From: Azolla caroliniana
Taxonomy: Eukaryota > Plantae > Polypodiophyta
Length of the DNA: 64,000 nt
Assembly: GCA_043228905.1 (NCBI GenBank)
Contig: JBHGNT010000005.1
Coordinates: 124,001 to 188,000, forward strand
Direction of reading: 5' to 3'
The translations under genes and the position numbers were made by a program. The stretch's first letter is position 1. Every line of letters starts with the position of its first letter. The notes beneath the pieces are model-generated. The model saw only the letters and a list, made by a program, of their open reading frames with translations, was not told the origin of the DNA and made no database searches. Of the stretch, positions 39,161 to 50,900 are shown piece by piece.

Positions 39161-40867
39161 ACATACTCCCACCCCAAACTCATCGTACACAAGCTTCAAC
39201 ATATATCAGAGGCGCACCTTACGGAAGTATCCACAATAGTACACAATGACATTACCACGGTCCACAACCATAAATCAACCTAGGTACCGGCACACCATCT
39301 TTATTACCTTTAAGTATGATTCCTTTGAACAAGAGATGATCTATGTATAACATAGTTTATGCTAGGTCTAATAAGCGTATAATTAAATAAGAGAATTAAC
39401 TACTTGCCTGAATAGAGTAGGAAACATACATGCATATGTATGTATATATCCCCTTTATGATAGTGTATGATACTTAATAATTCTAAACACAATAAATGTT
39501 AAGAAATATGAGTGGTTTGAATGGAATGCTTATACCCTTCGCCTCGTCCAAATTGTGAGTATTATGTAATCAACATAAAGTGTTAGCGAAAGCACATATT
39601 TACCATTCATCTTTTGGTTTATTAATAGTAATTTGCCATCAATCTTTATGTAATTTGTTTCTCATGCAAATGATGGTTGTAGAGTTTTCTCATTAAATCC
39701 TCGATATTTGTAGCATCAATTAGATTTCATTCTAAATTTTGGATATTACATAACAAGACAACTAGGAAGTTTTGAATTTGGTAACTTAAGCTTTTAACAT
39801 GGATGTTAAGCATGTCTAAGTTTTTTGAGGCGCATAAAAGAAATTTCACAAGTTCAATGACACCAATAGTGTATTGGGTTTTATTATTATCTTGAAGGTT
39901 TGTAATAAAATGAATTTTCAAATTTTGTTTTTGGGACCTTTATCAAAACACAATTCGTATGAGAGTATATGTCCACAAATGCCAAAACTCAAGTATATGA
40001 CCTATAAGATTAGTTGACATTGTCAATTAAGTGATAATGCTATCATTCTTCAATTGTCATTGCACCTCATAGTTCAAGCATGGTGGCAATATGGTGGTAA
40101 TATGGCATCACGCCTCACATTACGTTATGTTAGGTGACATGAGTGCCAATTCATCACATACTTCAACAAGAACAAGAACAATTATGTCATGCCATCATCA
40201 TTACTTTAAGTGTGCAGATAATACGACAACATGTGATTATGTTAGGTGATATGGCATCGTGCCTTCACATACGTGGTTTGGGGTGTGCTGACCTTGCAAT
40301 AGTGCTTCGCTAGTTAGGTAACATGGCATCTTATTACACTAGTCGACGCAAACAATCTTTTCGAGTTCCTAAACATGTTGTCATACGAACTTGATTAAAA
40401 GTCATCGATTGACATAGTGCATACCTCAACTAGTTGTAGCTAGTAGACGTGGCATTGCATTTGAGACGCGGAAGTTGTCATGTCAAAGTGAGGCATCATG
40501 TTCCATCGGCTAGCGCAACATGTACTATTTGGCAGTTGATCACAACATTCCAAGAAGACAGAATGATCGGCGAAATAATGGCAAGCATGTCCATGGATCA
40601 CTAGCTTTGAGTGTGCGCGCCGACGTGGTATTGTGTCAACGAATCAGAGAGTAATGAATGGCTATCATGTGTGAAGGGTAGGGCATATATTGTTCTTATA
40701 ATACAACACCACCCCCCATGTGCAACTTGTCATTTTCAAGAACCGCTAGTGTTCACCTTTTCCACAAACTCTTCTTGTAGCAACACATGCTGCAAACAAG
40801 ACACACATAGACACACACAATCTAAAAATCGCCCACACAAATGAACAACAAAAAAAGAAAGCAAAGG

Positions 40868-40924
<57 letters not shown>

Positions 40925-41237
40925 GGTTGGCTCTATTCAACTTCACTCACTACATGCATACACATTCCATCGTCATCCCAACAAATGTCAATATGTATGT
41001 GTGTATGTATGTAAAAGAACTAAAATAAAGGAAGAATTAAAGAAAAGTAAGAAATATATATTAGGTATTTAGGTTGTTTGTGCTGGTTGATCCGAGGTGG
41101 TGATCAGATAATATATGTATGTAGATTCTCTCCATCGCTACTCCTCTTTTTTTGTCTGTGTCTCAGTCAGTCAATCTCTGTGTGTGTCTCTCTCTGTTTG
41201 TCTGTGCCGTACGTACCGCGCAGATTGGGATAGGCAT

Positions 41238-43331
41238 ATGGACGATGGGCCACAAGTACAACGCCCTTATCTTCCTTCCTCCTCCTCCTCCGCTGCCGCT
41301 GCCTCTGCCTCTGCCTCTGCCTCTCACGGACAAGCGGGGGCCGCACGTGCGAGCCCGACGCAATCGTTATTCCATCATGGCCCGCACCAGTACTTGTTGA
41401 GGGACACCACCATTACTACTACTGCCAACGCTGCTGATGGTGATGGTGATGGTGATGGTGGTAGTAGCAGCAGCAGCAGCAGGAGGAGGAGGAGTAGCAG
41501 AGGTGGAGGTGGAGGTGGAGGTGGAGTCCCCTGCCAGGATTGTGGGAACCAGGCCAAGAAAGAGTGCGGGCACAGGCGATGCCGGACATGTTGCAGGATG
41601 CGGGGCCTCCACTGCCCAACCCACTTGAAGAGCACCTGGGTACCCCTCAGATCCAAACGCAGCAGCAGCAGCAGCACAACCAGCATGAGGACCAATATGA
41701 CGACGCCCCACCATAATGCCCAATATGACCATTATACCCAACATGCCATCTTCTCGTCTTACTCCTCGGCCGACGCCCACCACGACCACCACCGCCCACG
41801 TTACTGCATCGACCTAATTGGGGCCCCCCCACCCCCACCGCCACCGCCACCGTCAAAGCGAGCACGTAAGATGGTGACGTTCGACACTTCATCATCGATC
41901 ATGGGCCCCCCACCACCCATCCAGCATCAGCATCAGCATCAGCATCAGCAGCAGGGCTACTCATCACCAGATTCACACTATAATAATATTCCTCATCATA
42001 CCACCACCACCACCACACCTACTACTACTACTACTGCTGCTGCTACTGCTGACGATCAACCTGGAGTTGATGATGATGATGATGATGATGATCATCATCA
42101 TCATCATCATGTATTTGGTCCATCATCCACGACTCCTCCTCCTCCTCCTCATGATCACCGCATCGTTACGTCCAGCTCCTACGCCTCCAGAATGCCATCA
42201 TCAGGTTCATCTATCTACCAGCCTCACCACTTCTTCTCTATACTCTCCCCCCCCCCCCACCACCAAAATAAATAAATAAATAAATAAATCTCCTCTCTAC
42301 AGAATTGGCCTGCCCACTTCTTCTCATCTCCTCAATCCAATGACGGACGGATGGATGCACGTACCAATGTTGTTTTGGACGTCACTTCTGTGCCAAACAC
42401 CCTAAACCCTAAACCCTCTTCCAGGAATTTCAGATCTCTCTTCACTCATTGGCCGAGTATCCTAATTTTCATACATGATGGATTCACAATAAATTACGAG
42501 GCAACATTAAGACACTGGAATATATATATATATATACAGTGCACATACATTATAATATAGGAATTTACTTAACCATCCATAAGCTTCTTATGGTTATGGG
42601 TTGCATCTTATCACCAACATAATTCTAAATTACGCATGAATGACTACATCTATCTACCAAGTTGTACATGTTCCTTCCCCCTAGCCTAAGTGACAAGTTT
42701 TAAATTTGGAGCAATATATTATTGAATTTAATGACCGTTAAACCAATACATATGGGTTGCTTATAGTAATACATATACACACCCTTACACAACATGTCGT
42801 CCTTAAAATGTATATACATGCATATTGTAAGGAAAAAACACATGTTATATTGAGTTTTTGTTATAATATTTGTGTGTGCATGTGCATGTAGAATCCGATG
42901 CTTTGATCCACCCTCTCTTGGAAGTCCGAACGGAGGCAACCTTTGAGTTTGTAAAATTAACAAATCTTGCCGTCCATCCGAGGCAAGAAGAATATGCTTA
43001 TAAAACAAGAGTCAAGATTGGAGGTAGATGTTTTCAAGGCTTTCTCTTTGATCAAGGTTTGGATAGATCAATCAACGTAGCTACGACAACGACTAGAGGA
43101 GAAGCCACGAATGTGCAACATCTTGAGCTCCTGCAACTAGCATCAACAAACTCTAATCCTATGATGGATTTTGAGAGTTTGTATAGTTCAGGTAACATTC
43201 ATGTAAATTTCCTAATTCACCAATCTTTGCATCGTTCAATGTTCATCTTTAGATTAATTTTACGAGGAGGTATAGAGTTATACCCATTCCACCTTGTTGA
43301 TAATCTAGCAGTTAACTTTATATCTTTTTGA
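41238..43331 (+). CDS. SRS: SHI/STY-related (SRS) zinc-finger transcription factor
   Basis: Exon 1 is 41238-42204, with the RING-like [38 protein letters not shown] and a phase-1 donor TCAG|gt. Exon 2 starts at 42892 (tgtag|AA) and encodes [14 protein letters not shown]...[24 protein letters not shown], the IGGH domain. The 3' end is either the stop at 43331 or a splice at the 43191 donor (G|gtaac). Confidence 0.9.
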
Positions 43332-43702
43332 GAATTCTTATTAGAGTAAGTAACTTCCACTATTAAAGCACTTAGTTTCAATATTGTGTGCACAATATTG
43401 TTATGGAGGAGTTAACATGTGTTGGGAAACCATGTAATAGTAGTAGTAGTAGCAACAACATGAATGGTTTGCAAAGTTTGTTTCAATATGTTTGACACAA
43501 CGTTATCACGTTATCAAACTATGTAATTAGTGAATGGTGATGAGTATGCGTGAATCACGTTATCACACACATATTTAAGGAATAATTAGTGTATTCCTCA
43601 CAATATTCACGTAATAATAATAGTGTCCATAACACTTAAGTCCTTGACATATACAGATGGGCCCAACCCATTTAACTCGAATTAGTCCCATAGAAATATG
43701 TA

Positions 43703-45718
43703 TTTTTTTTCCCAAAATGAAGCTACTTTCCCATTAGTTAAGAGAGATTATTACAGAAAGACTATACAAGGTGACTTATATATAAATTGGGGAATCAGTA
43801 GATGTACATTGTAGCCTTTCGAAATGACTACTTAATGTAAGTAAGTAGATACCCCTAGAAGTATGTACATATTGTCTTAGAATGAGTTCTCTGAGCTCGA
43901 ACCCGGAATCGACCTAACTAACCCTAGATCGAACCAGCCTTAACTGCCGTGTTCTCCCTCGATGATGACCGATGTCTTCAGCTATGCAGAGCCATCCTCA
44001 ACGATACGATTGGAGCCTAAATCTATCTGCAGCAGGCCATTGTGCTTTTCTTTTCTGACACATGTGCAGGCTCAACGACATAGATTTGGTAGAACTTGAA
44101 CGAATGAAAGAAGCTGGTGTTAGAAATGTACACGAATATGGGTGAGTAAAAGCAGACCCTAAATACTGTGGAGGGTTCACACGATGGTTTCTGTGCAATT
44201 TGCACAAAGCTTACAGTAGCCTACAGGCTATATATACATATGTGAATAGTAGTGCAAGTTAGTTAATTGCATCAGGTTTTTCTATATGTGCGCTTAACAT
44301 GAAAGCTATGTGCAAGCTTGTACGAAGGCTCTGAACCTTTCACACAGTGCCTTTTGCTTTTTGGGTGAAGCGTGCGGCCCCATAGGTGATTGTTCCATAG
44401 GTGATTGTTGTGCTCTTTCCGTCATTGTTTTATGTGTAGTTTTTACACCATACTTTTTGGTGTGTAGTTTTTTTTACACCATAGTTTTTTATGTGTAGTT
44501 TTTACACCACATTTTGTTATGTGTAGTTTTCACAATATAATTTAGTTGCGAGTTTTGTACATGACAGTTGAAGTGCAGATGATCTGCTGCATAAATTTTC
44601 TTTTGGGAAAGCTTGGGGTAGATTTTGTGAAAATTCTTCTTGCAAAATATGTGTTGTATGGAACGTTCATGCAAATTGCTGGATTTGTTTAATTTTCCAT
44701 CTTTAGGGCAAGCAAACTTACTTGATTTCACAATTCCTGATTTTTGTGAAGCTATTAGCTTCATGGAGTTCGTTACTAGAGGAAGATTTCTAAACGAAAA
44801 CAGAACAAACCTTAATTTAAACAACTAAACTCCGCGATTTAACCCCTGCTTGGTCTACTTTGGTGGCATGGAATGATCTCCTCCTTACTCATGCAGGGTC
44901 CGCCTAGATTGTCAAACCTTGGGAGCTTAACAAAACCCCATTGATAGCGTTAGGTTAGTTCAACTGATGTTGTCTCATAGGGTCGGATCATTGTCTTTCC
45001 TTAACTCGTTAGTAAAATGTGTCGTTTACAGTGGGGAATTTGATCCAGATAGTATATAACTGAACTTGCTTGATCGCTTATGAGGAGTTAATTAACCAAG
45101 AAAGGATCGTTAAAAGTCTAAACTAATTAAACATGCTTTAATAACTTAAACAGTATTACACGAAATTTAGGTATGCAAGATTGACCACTTTCAATCAATT
45201 AATCAACTGCTTAAAATAAAGAATTTAAGCTAGTCTTAGAAATGGTGTTTGTGCACAATATTCTTTGTTATTGATCCTAGTGGCTTCTGTATTAATCACT
45301 AAATGAACAAATCAACCAGAAGCTCCTTGGAACTTTCCGATTTAACGGGGGGAGCTTATGGTGAAAAAGCTCCAGTAAGGCTGGTTGAGCATTGATGGCT
45401 ATTCTTAGCAATCCAGCCAACTTAAACTCCAGGCTCTTGCACACGAGTAAGAATAAGTGCCAATCATTCTGAAGCCAGGTAATCTAGGGCTAATCACTAA
45501 GCCAGCAAATATTGCAGAAATTAATATATTGTAAGTGTTCCCTACCCTAATCTATTATTGAAAAGGGCTAATGACTAAGCCTGCAAATATTGCAGAAATG
45601 AATATATTGTAAGTGTTCCCTACCCTAATCTATTATTGGAAATTAAGTTATTAGTCCTCACTACTTAATTAATACACATTAATTACCTTAAGTCACCACA
45701 AAATACTTATATATATAG
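43703..45718 (-). mobile_element. Probable retroposed (polyA-tailed) fragment of about 480 bp, split by a nested solo LTR
   Basis: 10-bp direct repeat GAAATATGTA at 43693-43702 and 45719-45728. A T8 tract (polyA on the minus strand) is adjacent to the left copy. Confidence 0.45.
44167..45700. mobile_element. Solo LTR, 1534 bp
   Basis: Termini TGTGG...CCACA with exact flanking direct repeat AAATAC at 44161-44166 and 45701-45706. Non-coding interior with internal repeats: ~30-bp units at 44430-44530 and a 78-bp duplication at 45486-45640. Confidence 0.75.
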
Positions 45719-45727
45719 GAAATATGT

Positions 45728-45768
<41 letters not shown>

Positions 45769-46239
45769 AACATGTGTAATTAAGTTTGTGATCTTGTTTA
45801 CTTGAATGTGTTAAGAGTCTATTTAATCAATAGACCAAATAAAACTAAAAGAAATGTGAATAAATAGGATAGAAGAACCCTATCCTCACGACCACCCCTT
45901 AGCTATGATCAAGACATATCTAGCCTATCATTGACATCCCATAGTGATGGATATTAGGATGATTAATACTTTGGAATAGGTAACACGATTGTCACGACGA
46001 AAGCCTAGCCCACACTACTAGTGTCTCAAGACTTTGGGTTTTGGATATATTATGTGTTTCGGGAGGGTAGCTAGGCCTAATATTTATACTTCTTCCTAGG
46101 CCCCTTAATTCATATTATAAAACTTTGTCCTATGAATTGTTGCGCCATTGAAACTAGAGGTTCAAGCTGGATTAGCAACAAATTGTTAAGATTCATATAA
46201 TTTGAAAGTTCATGTGATGGTTGTGCGATTAAGATGTGA

Positions 46240-46470
46240 TTTCATGGTTTGGTTCTGTCTCAAATCAAATCGTTGCCAATTAGTAGTTTTAAGTTATAAT
46301 GTTAAAACTAAACTATCAAGATATATGTCAATGGTTCTTGGTTTGATTTTGGTTCAATCCAAATTCTTGAAATCGAGGGATAACGCAAGTCGGTATAATT
46401 CAAAACCAAACTAGAAAATAAGGTAAACCACGGTTTCAACACAAACCAACTCAAATTTGCCAATTGTTAA
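46240..46470. mobile_element. Decayed relatives of the 8746-9217 hAT MITE family (two right-end remnants)
   Basis: cgttgccaattagta (~46271) and tttgccaattgtta (~46455) resemble that element's right TIR. Degenerate ggtt/aacc motifs lie between them. No TSD found. Confidence 0.4.
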
Positions 46471-47978
46471 TGGTTAGAACAATTATGATACAACTACTAT
46501 TTTGTGACCAGAGGACATATTGAATATAAGAACATCAACAGCATGACTTACATAATCGATAACATTAAAGTCGATCTCCAAATTACTCAAACAAATGATC
46601 ATATATGATGTATGAAGCTAAACATGACAATGAGAGAACTTACAATTTTTTCTTAGGTCAATTATACAATTTTGATTGGTTTTCTATATTTATAGGTCTT
46701 CAATAGCATGCTTAGTTGTGATATTATGTGCGTGGAGACAAGCCAAGAAGAATTGTTTGGAATTGACGCATATGACACCAAAGTGGATGGTACTATTTTG
46801 CAACCGATGGACACATTTACACACTTTCCACATCATTCATCATCGACGAAATGTTCCATGGATTTGTGTCCAGATTTTGGATGCTCACCTCAATAATTGT
46901 CGATGAAACACAAACGGTGGATATGTTTGGCTCAATTTAACACAATCACAAAAGTGCAGTTCGAGAAAGTGACGTAATCAATTAATTTATGTAATAATAT
47001 GACATTCCCAAATTTGTAACTAGTCACGAAAATACTAGTTACTATTCATAAAGAACATAGTGAAGGTTGATTTAAGGCCAATTTAATATTAAAAAATTGG
47101 AATCAAGTAATGCTTGTATATGTTTTTGATCTAGCATTATCAACCAAAAAGGATCTAAATGCCAACACTACTCATTGCATGACATTACATGCAAGAAGAT
47201 AAGGTGATATTTACAACATAATGTGGTAAACGAGGGATAGTGCTCACTCTTCCTTCATCAACCATAAAGGGTGGCTCAATCTTCATGGAGGTATTGATCT
47301 ACACCTCACTTTCCAAAGAGCCCAATCATATCAGATCAATACACATATCAGAGAAGCCTGGGAAATGCAATGTACTTGTAATAGCGCCATGTGGAAATAA
47401 TCCTTTGATTGAATTGCAAGTTCTTAATTGGCAATAGCTCTATGCACATTTATGGTAGAGGCTAAAGGCGTGGCCTAATGCGTTCAATGGAAAGATGCAA
47501 AATAAGGGTCTCTATTGCTTATAGTAATTTACTGGCTGCAAGGCATGCTATGTATTAGTTTGATTTAGTTCCCATTTTTTTATAACAATAATATCAAGTT
47601 GTATTTGTTGTTTCAATTTTCAAGGGTTCTGAATTTGATTTTAGAAGTTTTAACATTTGTTTTTTAATTAGATTCTTTTGATTAATTCTTTGTTTTACTT
47701 TTAATTATTGCAAAAAAGAGAGAAATAATTGCACATAATGTGCCAATGGAATAAATCGCTTGTCAGCATCCAAAAAATTATAATTCTGTGTTACAGAATG
47801 CAATGACAATGGCGTCATTTGGAATGCTAGGGAGAAAACCTCCAATGTTATATCCTTTATATACACCATATCCACACGAGATGCACAAATATAGTATAGC
47901 TAAACTCTTCATATATCCACGTTATTGACCATGTTTCTTGAAGAATTTATTGAGGACAATATGGCATGCCCTAACATT

Positions 47979-50900
47979 TCATTGATTTGTAATCTTCAGA
48001 CTCAAACCTTGCGGCATATGTGTTTGAGATAATTCCTCTTGTGCCAGGATCATTTCCAGGAGAGACCTTTTATCCCCAGTGTTGAACCTACAAGCGATTC
48101 TAAAAAAAGGCATTAGCACATCCAATATACTGCACATAACGCATTTAAAATTCATACTTATTAAGAACACAGGCCAAAAACAAAAGATGAGGTCAAAGAC
48201 TTCATAATTAATTTTTTCTCTTGGGTAGCTCAATTACAAGAGTTTTGGGAATCAAGGGTGAGGGTAAGGATTTGTGCTCCTGACCACAAGGTCAAACGCA
48301 ACTAGCCAAAATAGTTTTGTTCAGCTTACATGAAGCAAGTCAAAGATATGTAAAAAGGAAAGGTTAACACATGCAAGGACAGTTGAGTAAGAATACAAAA
48401 GACTCATTTGCTTTGCTCACCTCGATATGTTATCAAGGGACAAAAGCTTGTGATGAATCCTAAGGTCCTTGCCAACGTAGGTTATGATCAAGCCCCCAGC
48501 ATCTGGATGTGGCCAGCTGCAAGTGCTCACGAATCGAAGCATGAACATTGGTGCATCCGAACATCTCATTAAATCTTCAACCTCTTCTCGAGAAACCATG
48601 GTTAGTATATGCTTTGGTTCCTCGATCTCCCATATCTTCCTTACTCGGGGATCCAATAACGACTGACACACTGGATATAGCCAATACCAAAGCCGATTGA
48701 AGTCATCACGTAATATATCCTTTGTGCTACATCTTGTTAACCTCTTGAGGAAGAGTTTATCCTGCATTACCCAACATCAAGATTCGTTTTTGCAACTATA
48801 TAGACATGACTTCCTTTGAAAACAAAAATGTTGTATTATGTTTGTGTTTCATTCCAGTAAGAAGTATTTCAGAGATAGTGGAAGCATTATAGGAAAACGG
48901 TTTTACGTGAATCAAATTCAAAAACACCCTCCTGTCTTCGTCATGTGTTGAATAATATGATTTTTTATTAAAGCCGAAACACAAGCAACAAGTTTCAATC
49001 CAAGAGAAAAAAAATCTCCTTAATAACAGGTTCCTTCTTTTGAGTAACATGGATGTTTTCTTTTCTCGATGGACTAAATGTTCAATTTCTTATATTTTCT
49101 CATATTAACCATAGAGAATACTTGATTGACAACAATACAGCAACCATGTAATGATCCCTAACCTAACAAGTAATTTAATGATTTAAGCTCTTACATGACC
49201 ATGTTCATTTGCAATTGCAACTCAAGAGATTGTATATCATTACTCCATTCAAGTGTATCTGGCTACCTGTATGAGGTGTAGTGAAAACAAAGCTGACTCA
49301 CCACAAGGATAAACATAGATATACCACGAGGATGAACGAAAACACAGCATTGTGTACATGCTTTGAATAAACTCATTAAAACGAGCAATTAAAATCATCA
49401 GAAGTCATACCTTAGGAGAAAAGTGCCGTTTTCTTGTACTAGACAAATTGAAAAAATGCTTCTCCACATGTTCCATGACAATCTCCCAAGGAACTGGATA
49501 AGAATTCCTTACTATTTCTTTCCAAACTTGATTACCATCATGTATTAGATTTCTTGCCATAAGAATTTGATGCCTAAAGGACATTAGAAAAGGTGACAAC
49601 GTTAGTGAGATGATGTGATGAACACATGCTTCTCATTTGGAAGCTTCAGTATGCATTAAAAAGAGAAGCAACTCAGTCAGGGTTCTGAATATGGAGTGGA
49701 AATCCATTATTACTGCATGGGATTCAAGAACTATATTGTGGTTTTACTTTAATTACAGGATATTCAATAATAATCTAGAAATGAAGAAATGTTGAGAACC
49801 AGTCATTTGATACATACCCAGTATGTTTGCATGAAGTAGCAAGTGATACTCGACTGGCAAAGTCCGACAGTAGTTGATCACTCCAACATGTGATTACTCC
49901 CCTTAAGAATGCTGCACGGCTTTGTATGTTTTCGAGGCTGTATTTGAACACAAGGAAATCCAAGAATGGCTCTGTAAAGTTAGGCCTATGTGATCCAGTA
50001 ATGTTGGTTGTATCCATCGATTCTCGACGTTTTTCTTCAATGGTTGGACGATCAAAAGCCAACGTGATCTCTTTTTGGATGGAACATGACAAAGGACTTT
50101 CATAAGCATAAGAATGCTCAAGACTTGTAGCATAGTCTTCATCCTTTTCTAGAACAGATGGAAGTACATTGTTATCTGGCGTAAGGAAATTGGCTTGAAT
50201 TCCACATGTATCACTCGATCGATATTTTACAGATCTCAAGGGTTCGGGTACTACCCGTGTACGCTTTACTTGGTACTGCCCCGGATACCACTTCATTCCA
50301 CTTTGCACATTGGAAGGATTACCATAAGCAAATGGTGGTTCTATGACAGATTCTTCTGGCATCCATGAGGTATCAGCAATAAGAGACCTCTTCAATGGAA
50401 GAGTTGGGAATCTGCTATTTCTATTACGAGATACACACCGAATTGGCCGTGAAAAGACTTGAAGAAATGGATAACTAGGGATGGTTGGTGAATCAAAACA
50501 GACACGAAAAAGGCGGTTATCACATTTTGAAGAAAGCTGCGAAACAGTAAAAAAAACTGATATCATATGGTACATTTGAATAATAAGGATATTTATACAA
50601 AATAAAATTAAACCTGTGATATTTTCAGTTTGAAAGATGCACGACCGTGAACAAGTTTGATGGGTCTCTCTGTAGAGGGAAATTCTACGCCATCAAATGT
50701 TGTCAACAGTGGTGCCTCCGCATCATCTTTTGGTTTTTCAACTGGATGACTGTTATCCGCAAATATAAGGAGTGCTAATATCTGTTTAAAAACACTGGCA
50801 TATTGAAGCATCATTGACAAAAACCACTAAAGATAATGGTGAACACATATGTATGTTACACACTCAATAATGATTTCCTTGCTTCAGTATTTTACAAATA

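Noticed and set aside
41115-41237. Upstream in-frame ATG extending the SRS ORF
   Set aside because: The extension is (TC/TG)-repeat sequence typical of a 5'UTR or intron. ATG 41238 has a better context, though the upstream start is not excluded.
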